Assembly: GCA_028715725.1 (NCBI GenBank)
Contig: JAQURG010000017.1
Coordinates: 458-64,457 of the forward strand
Direction: 5' to 3'
Length of the DNA: 64,000 bases
Source: Methylococcales bacterium
Lineage (GTDB): Bacteria > Pseudomonadota > Gammaproteobacteria > Methylococcales > Methylomonadaceae
Made by a program: the position numbers and the translations under genes. The first letter of the stretch is position 1. Each line of letters starts with the position of its first letter. Positions 8,749-17,350 of this stretch are shown piece after piece. The notes beneath the pieces are model-generated. The model did no database searches and was not told the origin of the DNA. It saw only the letters and a list, made by a program, of their open reading frames with translations.

Positions 8749-11298
8749 ATGCAAGAAAATTATCAACCGCTCTCTATCGAGCAAGACGTACAAGACGCCT
8801 GGGAAGCATCAGGGGTATTTAATGTGTCAGAATCTTCTACTCAGGACGACTGCACGGATGCAGAAGGTAGAATAATGCAGGGAGCAATTACCGAAAAGTA
8901 CTATTGCTTATCCATGTTTCCCTATCCCAGCGGTAAACTGCATATGGGGCATGTGCGCAACTATACGATTGGCGATGTTATTAGCCGCTATCAGCGCATG
9001 CTGGGAAAAAATGTCTTGCAGCCGATGGGCTGGGATGCTTTTGGATTGCCTGCTGAAAATGCGGCGATGCAACACGGCGTTCATCCTGCTGACTGGACCT
9101 ATGAAAATATAGATTATATGCGCGCTCAGCTAAAACGGCTGGGTTTTGGCTATGATTGGAGCAGAGAACTGGCCACTTGTGATCCCGAGTATTATAAGTG
9201 GGAGCAATGGTTCTTCCTGAAACTGCTGGCCAAAGGTCTGGTTTATAAAAAGACTGCGCCGGTCAACTGGTGTCCGCACGATATGACTGTTCTGGCTAAT
9301 GAGCAGGTTATTGACGGATGTTGTTGGCGTTGTGATACTAAAGTTGAGCGCAAGGAAATCGCGCAGTGGTTTTTAAAAATTACCGCATATGGGGATGAAC
9401 TGCTGGAATCACTGCAAACGCTGGACGGTTGGCCGGAACAGGTCAAGACCATGCAAGCCAACTGGATCGGCCGCTCAGAAGGCGTTGAAATGGATTTTCC
9501 CGTGCCGGATATGGCGCAACCCTTAAGAATTTATACCACGCGCCCGGATACTTTAATGGGCGTGACTTATCTCGCTGTTGCAGCCGAGCATCCGCTGGCG
9601 TTAAAGGCGGCTGAAAGCAATGCAGACATCAGCGCATTCATTGATGAATGCAAGCTGATGGAAACTTCGGAAGCGGCCATGGAAACCATGGAAAAGCGCG
9701 GCATCGACTCCGGCATTAAAGCCTTGCATCCTGTTTCAGGCGAGCCAGTTCCCGTCTGGATCGCCAATTTTGTGTTAATGGGCTATGGCACCGGCGCGGT
9801 CATGGCTGTACCCGCACACGACCAGCGTGATTATGAATTTGCGCTTAAGTACGGCATTGCCATCAAGCAAGTGATATTTGCTAAAGACGGCGAAAATGAC
9901 GACGACTGTTCAGAACAGGCTTATACCGTAAAAGGCATATTAAAAAATTCAGGACAGTTTGACGGCTTAACCTCGGAGCAGGCCTTTGTAGCTATTTCGG
10001 AAGCTCTGGAAAAAGATCACAAAGGACTGCGCAAGACCAACTTTCGCCTGCGGGACTGGGGCGTTTCCCGTCAACGCTACTGGGGCGCACCTATTCCAGT
10101 CATTTACTGCGACGATTGCGGCACGCTGCCGGTGCCTGAAAAGGATTTGCCCGTTACCTTGCCCACAGATGTTGTACTGGACGGCTCGCAATCGCCTTTA
10201 GTCGCTCATCCGACTTTTTCTCATACGACATGCCCGACATGCGGTAAGGCGGCCTGCCGCGAAACCGACACCTTCGATACCTTTATGGAATCGTCCTGGT
10301 ATTTCGCCCGCTTTACCTGCAGGGATGTAGGTAAGGGGCGTGAGCAGCGAGCGGCAAGCTTTGCCAGCAGCAAGGCCGATACGATGCTGGATGCCGGCGC
10401 TAAATACTGGCTGCCCGTCGATCATTATATCGGCGGTATAGAGCATGCGATTTTGCATTTGCTGTACGCGCGGTTTTATACCAAATTAATGCGTGATGAA
10501 GGTTTGCTGGTCTGCGACGAGCCTTTCAAAAAGTTACTGACGCAAGGCATGGTGCTAAAAGACGGCAGCAAAATGTCCAAGTCCAAAGGCAATACGGTCG
10601 ATCCGCAAAGCCTGATTGACCAATATGGCGCGGACACTGTGCGCTTGTTTATCATGTTCGCTGCGCCGCCTGAGCAATCTCTGGAATGGTCCGACAGCGG
10701 CGTGGAAGGCGCCTTCAGATTTTTGAAAAGGCTCTGGAAACAGGCCTATCTGCATATTCAGGAAGGCCGTTCTCCTTCTGCGCTTGATAAAGCTTCCCTG
10801 ACGGAAGAACAGCAGGTGGTCCGGAGACACTTGCATCAAACCATCCAGAAAGTCAGCCATGATATGGGCGTGCGCCATATCTTCAATACGGCCATTGCTG
10901 CAAATATGGAACTGGTCAATACCTTGGTCAAATTCAATGATGATTCCGATAATGGCAAAGCCATACGCCAGGAAGTGCTGGAAGCGATAGTGTTGATGCT
11001 GGCGCCGATAGTGCCTCATATCTGTCACCAACTCTGGCTTGATTTGGGCCATAAGAAGGCTGTGGTTAGCGAATCCTGGCCTGAAGTCGACAATGCGGCT
11101 TTAGAGCAGGATTCAATAGAACTGGTGATACAGGTTAATGGTAAATTGCGCAGTAAAATTTCAGTTCCGGCGACGGCCTCCTCGGATGAAGTGCAGATGA
11201 TAGCGTTGAATGATGAACATGTTCGGCGCTTTATCTTAGACAAGCCGGTTAAAAAGGTTATCGTAGTGCCGAAAAAACTGGTTAATATTGTGGTTTAA
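8749..11298 (+). CDS. leuS: Leucine--tRNA ligase
   Basis: 849 aa, with the HMGH (HIGH) and KMSKS motifs. Confidence 0.97.
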   Translation: MQENYQPLSIEQDVQDAWEASGVFNVSESSTQDDCTDAEGRIMQGAITEKYYCLSMFPYPSGKLHMGHVRNYTIGDVISRYQRMLGKNVLQPMGWDAFGLPAENAAMQHGVHPADWTYENIDYMRAQLKRLGFGYDWSRELATCDPEYYKWEQWFFLKLLAKGLVYKKTAPVNWCPHDMTVLANEQVIDGCCWRCDTKVERKEIAQWFLKITAYGDELLESLQTLDGWPEQVKTMQANWIGRSEGVEMDFPVPDMAQPLRIYTTRPDTLMGVTYLAVAAEHPLALKAAESNADISAFIDECKLMETSEAAMETMEKRGIDSGIKALHPVSGEPVPVWIANFVLMGYGTGAVMAVPAHDQRDYEFALKYGIAIKQVIFAKDGENDDDCSEQAYTVKGILKNSGQFDGLTSEQAFVAISEALEKDHKGLRKTNFRLRDWGVSRQRYWGAPIPVIYCDDCGTLPVPEKDLPVTLPTDVVLDGSQSPLVAHPTFSHTTCPTCGKAACRETDTFDTFMESSWYFARFTCRDVGKGREQRAASFASSKADTMLDAGAKYWLPVDHYIGGIEHAILHLLYARFYTKLMRDEGLLVCDEPFKKLLTQGMVLKDGSKMSKSKGNTVDPQSLIDQYGADTVRLFIMFAAPPEQSLEWSDSGVEGAFRFLKRLWKQAYLHIQEGRSPSALDKASLTEEQQVVRRHLHQTIQKVSHDMGVRHIFNTAIAANMELVNTLVKFNDDSDNGKAIRQEVLEAIVLMLAPIVPHICHQLWLDLGHKKAVVSESWPEVDNAALEQDSIELVIQVNGKLRSKISVPATASSDEVQMIALNDEHVRRFILDKPVKKVIVVPKKLVNIVV

Positions 11299-11365
11299 TG
11301 AGGTATAGAGAGGGCGGCCTTTGCCGCCCACAATCGACTGCATCATGGAGTAGTCTGTGTTAAGA

Positions 11366-11854
11366 ATGAAATCAGTAATCTTGCTTATGGCGTTATTTTT
11401 AACCGCTTGTGGTTATCACCTGCGTGGGGCTTTAGAACTGCCTAAAGGGATGAAAAATGTTTATCTGGATGGAGGATCTCCACAATTGCTCGATCATTTT
11501 AAAAGAGCTATGGATATATCTTCCGTGCCGCTTGCAACATCTCCCGAGAGCGCTGGAATGATCGTCAAAATATTTGACGAAGACAGCCAGAGACGCGTTT
11601 TGTCTTTGAGTTCCGGGGGTATAGCCAACGATTTTGAATTGAGCTATCGTTTTGAGTATGAGCTGGTTGACGCCAACAATAAGGTACTGATGCCGCGGCA
11701 ACCCATCGAGATTAAACGGGAGTATTTTAATGATCAGGTTGCCATTATCGCAAAAGGCAACGAAGAATCAACGATTCGTGATGAAATGTATCAACAGGCC
11801 GTCCGTTCGATAATGAATCGGGCCAGAGTCGCCCTGGAAGAAAAGCCCGAATAA
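11366..11854 (+). CDS. lptE: LPS-assembly lipoprotein LptE
   Basis: Lipobox LTAC immediately followed by GYHLRG. The leuS-lptE-holA synteny is conserved. Confidence 0.85.
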   Translation: MKSVILLMALFLTACGYHLRGALELPKGMKNVYLDGGSPQLLDHFKRAMDISSVPLATSPESAGMIVKIFDEDSQRRVLSLSSGGIANDFELSYRFEYELVDANNKVLMPRQPIEIKREYFNDQVAIIAKGNEESTIRDEMYQQAVRSIMNRARVALEEKPE

Positions 11855-11855
11855 C

Positions 11856-12857
11856 ATGCGTCTTAAGCCTGAGCAGTTAAACGCGGCTCTGCAAAAAGGC
11901 CTGATGCCGGTTTATCTGATTGCCGGCGATGAGCCTTTACAGCTCGGGGAAATGGCCGATGCGGTCAGGAAAGCAGCTAGAAAAGCAGGATTTGAAAACC
12001 GTGAAATTTTATCTGCGGAAACAGGGTTTGAATGGAATCAACTGGCCTTTACGGCTGATTCATTGTCCATTTTTGCAGACAAGAAAATTATCGACTTGAG
12101 AATGCCTTCCGCTGCACCGGGGACAGAAGGAGCAAAAGCACTGATCGCTTATTGCCAACGTCTGCCGAAGGATACCCTTCTGCTGATTACGGCCGGGAAG
12201 CTGGCCGGCAACGCATTAAAAGCCAAATGGCTGGAGGCTTTGGATAAAGCCGGCATTATTATCCAGGTCTGGCCGCTGGAAGGACAGGACTTGATTCGAT
12301 GGCTGCAACAAAGGATGCAGCAACGCGGCTTGCATGCTGAAACCGACGGTTTGCGGATACTGGCTTCAAGAATTGAAGGCAATCTGCTGGCCGCCGCCCA
12401 GGAAATAGAAAAACTTTATGTGTTATACGGGCCCGTGAACCTGAGTACTCAACAAATTCTTGATGTGGTGGCTGATAATTCCAGATACGATGTGTATAAG
12501 CTCATGGACAGCGTACTGGCCGCCGGGGCAAACCGTATTTTCAAGATATTGTCCGGTTTGCGCGCGGAAGGAATCGCCGCGCCGGTCGTGTTATGGGCGG
12601 TGACGCGCGAAGCCAGGGTCTTAATCAGGATTAAACAGGCGCTCTCCGACGGGCACAATAGAGAGTCAGTATTCAAAAACCATCAAATCCGGGATAAACG
12701 CAAGCAGTTGGTCAGCAATGCGCTGAACAGGCTGAGCATGAATGATTTAAACAACCTCCTGGTATTGAGCGCCAAGGCGGACAGGCAAATCAAGGGCCAG
12801 CAACAAGGCGACGCATGGGAAACCTTGCTCGCCATTTGCCTGAAGTTTGGAAGTTGA
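11856..12857 (+). CDS. holA: DNA polymerase III delta subunit
   Basis: 333 aa. The N-terminus (LKPEQL...PVYLIAGDEPL) is typical of HolA, and the synteny supports the call. Confidence 0.9.
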   Translation: MRLKPEQLNAALQKGLMPVYLIAGDEPLQLGEMADAVRKAARKAGFENREILSAETGFEWNQLAFTADSLSIFADKKIIDLRMPSAAPGTEGAKALIAYCQRLPKDTLLLITAGKLAGNALKAKWLEALDKAGIIIQVWPLEGQDLIRWLQQRMQQRGLHAETDGLRILASRIEGNLLAAAQEIEKLYVLYGPVNLSTQQILDVVADNSRYDVYKLMDSVLAAGANRIFKILSGLRAEGIAAPVVLWAVTREARVLIRIKQALSDGHNRESVFKNHQIRDKRKQLVSNALNRLSMNDLNNLLVLSAKADRQIKGQQQGDAWETLLAICLKFGS

Positions 12858-12876
12858 GTGTTGTCTGGCGGTAACC
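12558..12876. repeat. Direct repeat copy 1 (functional holA 3' end plus ~20 nt past the stop)
   Basis: Aligns by eye with 13571-13873. I estimate ~85-90% identity; this was not computed. Confidence 0.85.
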
Positions 12877-12998
12877 TGTTTCTCAACAAGTGATCCAGAA
12901 ATTATGGGGGATTATTGTGATTCTGCATGAAGAGGTTGCTATCAAAATTAAAATAGGACAGCCTCCAGTTTAATAGATTGCTGGTATGGCGTTATACA

Positions 12999-13053
12999 TT
13001 GGCGATTCCAATCAATAGACACTTCAAAAGTGTCTATTGATTGGAATCGCCAA
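12999..13053. repeat. Perfect 26-bp inverted repeat with a 3-nt loop
   Basis: ttggcgattccaatcaatagacactt-caa-aagtgtctattgattggaatcgccaa, verified base by base. Confidence 0.95.
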
Positions 13054-13149
13054 GGCGGACAAGCATTGATCTGTAATTAATTATAGAGGCTGGGTTCCAA
13101 TTTCGCTTGAATACGAGAATCCAGCAACACTTAAGTTAAGGTCACAGTT

Positions 13150-13353
13150 ATGAAATTAAAAGTGATAATTCACGAAGCGGAAGAAGGTGGATATTGGGCA
13201 GAAGTTCCTGCAATTCTAGGTTGCGCCACCCAAGGAGAAACATTTAAAGAACTACTGACTAATTTGTATGACGCAGTAGAAGCTTGTCTCTCAATTGATA
13301 TGGAAAAAATCGAAGTATCAGAAAAAGACAAAGTTTTGGAGCTTGTGGTTTGA
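13150..13353 (+). CDS. hicB: HicB-family antitoxin (UPF0150-type, short form)
   Basis: 67 aa. The N-terminus KVIIHEAEEGGYWAEVPAILGCATQGETFKE is the HicB/UPF0150 signature. Confidence 0.8.
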   Translation: MKLKVIIHEAEEGGYWAEVPAILGCATQGETFKELLTNLYDAVEACLSIDMEKIEVSEKDKVLELVV

Positions 13354-13555
13354 AGTCCATTCAGGAAAAGCTTTTGCACGGTTGCTTGAAAGCAGAGGAT
13401 GGAAACTCATTTGAGTCAGCGGTAGCCACCATGTGTATATGAAAACTGGAAGTCCTGCCAGAATTTCGTTGTCCATACATGGCAATGAAGATCTGAAAAT
13501 TGGGCTACTCAAGCATTTTATGAAAATAGCGTGCATTGCAGAAAGCGAACTTTAG
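13343..13555 (+). pseudogene. hicA: HicA-family mRNA interferase toxin, interrupted by an in-frame TGA
   Basis: The frame overlapping the hicB stop reads ...SGKAFARLLESRGWKLI*VSGSHHVYMKTGSPARISLSIHGNEDLKIGLLKHFMKIA.... The TGA is at 13412-13414. The track does not list this as a single ORF. Confidence 0.75.
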
Positions 13556-13570
13556 AACACAAGTCTAACA

Positions 13571-13873
13571 TTGCGCTCCACCCGACCTGCGCCGGTCGTG
13601 TTATGGGCTGTAACACGTGAAGCGAGAATATTAGTCAAGATTAAACAGGCGCTCTCTGACGGACAAAATAGAGAGTCAGTATTTACTGGGATAAACAAGC
13701 AGCCAGTCAGCAATGCTCTGAACAGGCTTAGCATGAATGATTTAGACAGTATCCTGGTTTTGAGCGCCAAGGCGGACAGGCAGATCAAGGGCCAGCAACA
13801 AAGTGACGCATGGGAAACGTTACTCGCCATTGCCTGAAGTTTGAAAGTTGAGTAGTATTGACTGGCAGTGACC
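13571..13873 (+). pseudogene. Displaced, diverged duplicate of the holA 3' end (direct repeat copy 2)
   Basis: Translates as LRSTRPAPVVLWAVTREARILVKIKQALSDGQNRESVF..VSNALNRLSMNDL..LVLSAKADRQIKGQQQSDAWETLLAI. Relative to holA it has a 15-nt in-frame deletion and a 1-nt deletion near the end. Confidence 0.88.
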
Positions 13874-13915
13874 GTCCCATCTTTTTTACTGTTTCCGCTG
13901 ACCTGTCAAACTTTC

Positions 13916-14870
13916 TACAGCATTTTCAGATTGAATGAAACTTCCGTTTCCCAGACTCGTGGAAGGCTTATTTGCTGAAAGAGAGTTGCTCATGCCGAAA
14001 GCTTATTCAATGGATTCGCGGAAGCGGGTAATCGAAGCCTGCGATGAAGGACAAACTATCGCTCAAGTGGTCGAACGGTTCAGGGTGAGCACCTGGTTTG
14101 TAGAAAAGTTACAGCAGCGGCGGCGGGAGAGCGGCACCTGGGTGCCCAAACCCCACGGAGGAGGACGCCAGCCCCTGCTAACGTCGGCACATAACGAGAC
14201 GCTGCGCACGCTGTTGACGGTGCAGCCTGATCTCACACTGGAAGCGTTACGGGCGCAGCTGGGGGTGAAGGTTCATCTCTCCACGCTCGGGTACCGCCTC
14301 CAGCGCGACGCCTGGCAACAGGCGCAACCGCTGTTGAATCCGGCGAAGCTGGTGTTCATTGACGAGACCGGATTTGATACCGCTTTGGTGCGCCGTTACG
14401 GCTGGGGAGTCTGCGGAGCACGCGTCCGCGGCTCATCTTTGCAGGGGTATTGGCACACCAGCACGTTCGTGGCGGCCCTGCGCCAGCAGGGATTGACGGC
14501 CCCGATGGTGATCCAGGAAGGGATGGACGGCGCCTTTTTCAAAGCTTATGTGCAGGGTCCTCTGTCCGACGCTCTCGCCAGGCGATATCGTGGTCTGGGA
14601 CAACCTGTCCTCGCCTCAGGTCGCGGGTGTCCGTGAAGCGATTGAGGGGGTCGGGGCCGCCCTGAAGCCGCTGCCGCCTTACAGTCCCGATTTTAATCCC
14701 ATCGAACAGGTCTTCGCCAAGCTGAAAGCCTGGTTTCGAAAAGCCGGCGAGCGTACCGTCGAGGCCCTGTGATCAGCCCTTGCCCATGCCTTGGCAATTT
14801 ACCCCGGCGGAATGCGCAAATTATCTTCGCGGTGCCGGTTATGCCTTACAGATAAAATGAAAACGCTCTA
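13916..14870 (+). mobile_element. IS630-family insertion sequence remnant (~955 bp)
   Basis: Candidate terminal inverted repeats are TAcAGCaTTTTCA (13916-) and TGAAAACgCTcTA (-14870), each abutting TA. The region is visibly more GC-rich than its flanks. Confidence 0.65.
13992..14860 (+). pseudogene. IS630-family DDE transposase, split over three frames with an internal deletion
   Basis: HTH N-terminus, then LVFIDETG, then [12 protein letters not shown] and [16 protein letters not shown] in a second frame (extra G in the GGG run at 14555-14557). The C-terminal FTPAECANYLRGAGYA lies in a third frame after the TGA at 14770. Confidence 0.85.
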
Positions 14871-14991
14871 GCATCCTAACTAACTTTTTACGTTAATGGA
14901 TCAAAGTTCAGTATGCACCGTTCATTGACTTAATGTTTGGTCTTGGCTTAAAGTATATTGCCAATCCTTAAACAATATTTAGGTGAAAAAG

Positions 14992-15645
14992 ATGACAAAT
15001 CATAAAATCACAAAACAACACACAACGATTGCAACACTACTGTTAATCAGTATCGGCATATTGTTTACTTGTAATACCTTTGCAGGGGGGGGTGATGATC
15101 AGCACTTCATGCACTCTAAGCCCTCCGCCGTTCACAAAATAGGCGAGTCATACGGTGGCGGGATAGTATTTTACGTTTATGATGGCGGGCAACACGGTTT
15201 AATAGCAGCTACCGAGGATCAAAATGTAAATGGAGATTATAATATTAGATGGGCTGCTTCATTCACAAATACGGGCGCAAGAGCAGATGGTGTGGGAGCA
15301 GGCAAAGCAAACACAGCTCTTATTATTGCTAACCAGGCGTCGGTTGATGGATCTCCTTTTGCAGCTAGTGTTTGCAACGAGTATTCAGTAACAGATGCGG
15401 ATGGGGTTACATATGGCGATTGGTACCTGCCATCAAAATATGAGTTAAATTTATTATATCTGCAAAAAGACGTTGTCGGTGGTTTTCAGAATAATCTTTA
15501 TTGGGGTTCTAGGGATTACACCGAAGAAACTGCGTCAACCCAAATCATCCGCCTTGACACTCCGAGTCCGAGTGTCTTCGAAGGCGAACAGGGTGCTATG
15601 AGTAAGAACGGTACCGCCAGAGTGCGTGCTATTCGGGCTTTTTAA
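14992..15645 (+). CDS. Secreted DUF1566 (Lcl C-terminal domain)-like protein
   Basis: N-terminal signal/TM segment, then GGGIVFYV ... GDWYLPSKYELNLLY ... YWGS ... RVRAIRAF, the typical DUF1566 pattern. A GTG at 14983 is an alternative start. Confidence 0.72.
   Translation: MTNHKITKQHTTIATLLLISIGILFTCNTFAGGGDDQHFMHSKPSAVHKIGESYGGGIVFYVYDGGQHGLIAATEDQNVNGDYNIRWAASFTNTGARADGVGAGKANTALIIANQASVDGSPFAASVCNEYSVTDADGVTYGDWYLPSKYELNLLYLQKDVVGGFQNNLYWGSRDYTEETASTQIIRLDTPSPSVFEGEQGAMSKNGTARVRAIRAF
15085..15092 (+). repeat. Homopolymeric G8 tract inside the DUF1566 gene, just after the signal peptide
   Basis: gca ggg ggg ggt encodes AGGG, read directly. Confidence 0.9.
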
Positions 15646-15707
15646 CTATTCAGCCATTTAACAATACGGCTTAGCAGTCGATTATTGGGCTATGGCGCAC
15701 GCAGCTC

Positions 15708-15735
15708 GTAGGATGCGGTGAGGAACGAACCGCAT
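15708..15735 (+). repeat. REP-like element (GTAG head plus hairpin atgcggt/accgcat), left flank of the RAYT
   Basis: gtaggatgcggtgaggaacgaaccgcat. It is the reverse complement of the 16312-16339 element with 2 mismatches. Confidence 0.75.
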
Positions 15736-15769
15736 GGTTCGAGAAAGGCTAGTGAACAAAAGGTAAATC

Positions 15770-16304
15770 ATGACCGAATACCGTCGTTTTTATTATCCCG
15801 GAGCGACCTGGTTTTTCACCGTTAACTTGGCCGAGCGTCGTGGTAACCAATTGCTAATGGAACGCATTGACGTGTTGCGCGAGGCGTTCGTCTCTGTGAA
15901 AAACAAGCACCCTTTCAAAATCGATGCCATAATGATATTACCTGAACATCTGCACTGCATTCTGACCTTGCCGGAAGGTGATGGCGATTTTTCCACTCGT
16001 TGGGGTTTGATTAAAGCTTATTTTTTCCCGCCATATCGAAGCAAGCGAACGGATTTCCAAAAGCCGGAAAAGCCGAGGCGAAAGAGGTTTATGGCAACGG
16101 CGGTTTTGGGAACATCTTATCCGTGATGAAACGGATTATCGGCAACACCCTGATTATATCCATTGGAATCCGGTCAAACATGGTTGGGTACGATGTGTTA
16201 AAGATTGGCCGCATTCCAGTTTTCATCGCTAAGTGAAACGCGGGATCTATTCGGAAAATTGGGGGAGCGATATCGATGTTTCAGCGTTTGATGCAAGGGA
16301 ATAA
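15770..16304 (+). pseudogene. REP-associated tyrosine transposase (RAYT, IS200/IS605-like), degraded
   Basis: The HUH motif (LPEHLHCIL) is in frame 1. After a +1 shift in the T6 run at 16021-16026, the second frame reads GERGLWQRRFWEHLIRDETDYRQHPDYIHWNPVKHGWV..DWPHSSFHR*, with a TAA at 16230-16232. Confidence 0.85.
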
Positions 16305-16311
16305 CCGAGCG

Positions 16312-16339
16312 ATGCGGTTCGTCCCTCACCGCACCCTAC
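16312..16339 (-). repeat. REP-like element, right flank of the RAYT (inverted orientation)
   Basis: atgcggttcgtccctcaccgcaccctac on the + strand. Confidence 0.75.
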
Positions 16340-16402
16340 GGCTTTATCGCAACCCGACAAATCAACTTGGCAGTCATTCAAAACAACCAGAGGAGAAATC
16401 TT

Positions 16403-16789
16403 GTGGAACACGAAGAAAAGCTCAAGTATTTAAAAATTGCTCTTTATGTGATTGGCGTTATTTTTATTGCGGGTGTTCCGGCACTGATGATGTGGATCTG
16501 GCCCTCAGGCTGGGGCTGGACGCCGCCGCAACCTGAATATGAGCAAATGATCATGGGTGTTTATGCTACTTTGGGTGTGTTCCTGATCCGGGCAGCCAAA
16601 GACCCTTTAGCTAATGCAAGCCTTATCTGGTTTACGGTCTGGTCGAGTATTGTCCATGGCGGTATTATGTTTATTCAAGCCGTAACCGATGAAACTGACA
16701 GGACTAATCTGGTAGGCGATGTGCCCGCTTTATTTCTTGTGGCCTTTGTTCTGTGGTATCTCATGCCCAGGCGTGATAGTTCGGAGTGA
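16403..16789 (+). CDS. Hypothetical small integral membrane protein (3-4 TM)
   Basis: GTG start 5 nt after AGGAGA, with hydrophobic segments throughout. I recognise no family. Confidence 0.5.
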   Translation: MEHEEKLKYLKIALYVIGVIFIAGVPALMMWIWPSGWGWTPPQPEYEQMIMGVYATLGVFLIRAAKDPLANASLIWFTVWSSIVHGGIMFIQAVTDETDRTNLVGDVPALFLVAFVLWYLMPRRDSSE

Positions 16790-16934
16790 GGGAACAGCGC
16801 AAAGAAGGCGTATGGTGTCCACCTATTGACTTGCCGGCTTTGCGCATAAAGCCGCGCAGGGCGGTCAATCAAGACATTAAGCCAATTCTATTACAGGAGA
16901 GAATCAATTATGACCGACAGATCAATTGTTCGCC

Positions 16935-17171
16935 TCACATCGCCCAAAGCGCTAACCTCCGGCGCTTTTAATGCGCCGGCAATCATGATAGCGGCAACTG
17001 AAACCGGGCCGACAGATAAGGTCCGGCTGGTGCCCGGCAAGGCATATAAAACCGGCGGCAGACGCCGGCAAACAGGTCGTCATTAAAGTCCTGACGAGTA
17101 TAGGTCTTAAGCCAGCCGATAATAGGAAATAACCCGGTTAACCGTAATTTATTGTCGGGGAAAGCAGTCAT
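16935..17171 (-). pseudogene. SulP-family anion transporter, N-terminal stub only
   Basis: LFPIIGWLKTYTRQDFNDDLFAG matches the SulP N-terminus. After a deletion or frameshift, a second frame reads LPPVLYALPGTSRTLSVGPVSVAAIMIAGAL, and similarity then stops. Confidence 0.65.
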
Positions 17172-17350
17172 TGCAATTTATATTTTTGCAGGAGTCAAGA
17201 CGAACAGCATAAGGCCGGCTTTCTTTGCGCATTACCCAGCTTCGCTTTCATATTCCAATGCAGAGAGCGGATGTCAGTTGAGGTGATAACTTTAGCTGGC
17301 GCCAGTTTGGATTCTGCCGGCTAAAGTTGATCTTCTTCTTTAACTTCGCG

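Noticed and set aside
14540-14580. Possible programmed frameshift in the IS630 transposase.
   Set aside because: The shift falls inside the DDE catalytic domain, between FIDETG and WDNLSS, rather than at a domain junction. A second shift and an internal deletion are also present, which fits decay and not recoding.
16910-17086. A plus-strand 58-aa ORF with a good AGGAGA RBS (MTDRSIVRLTSPKALTSGAFNAPAIMIAATETG...).
   Set aside because: It is exactly antisense to the SulP N-terminal remnant, whose similarity to SulP proteins explains the open frame. The predicted product is Arg/Gly-rich and of low complexity. It may deserve a glance in expression data.
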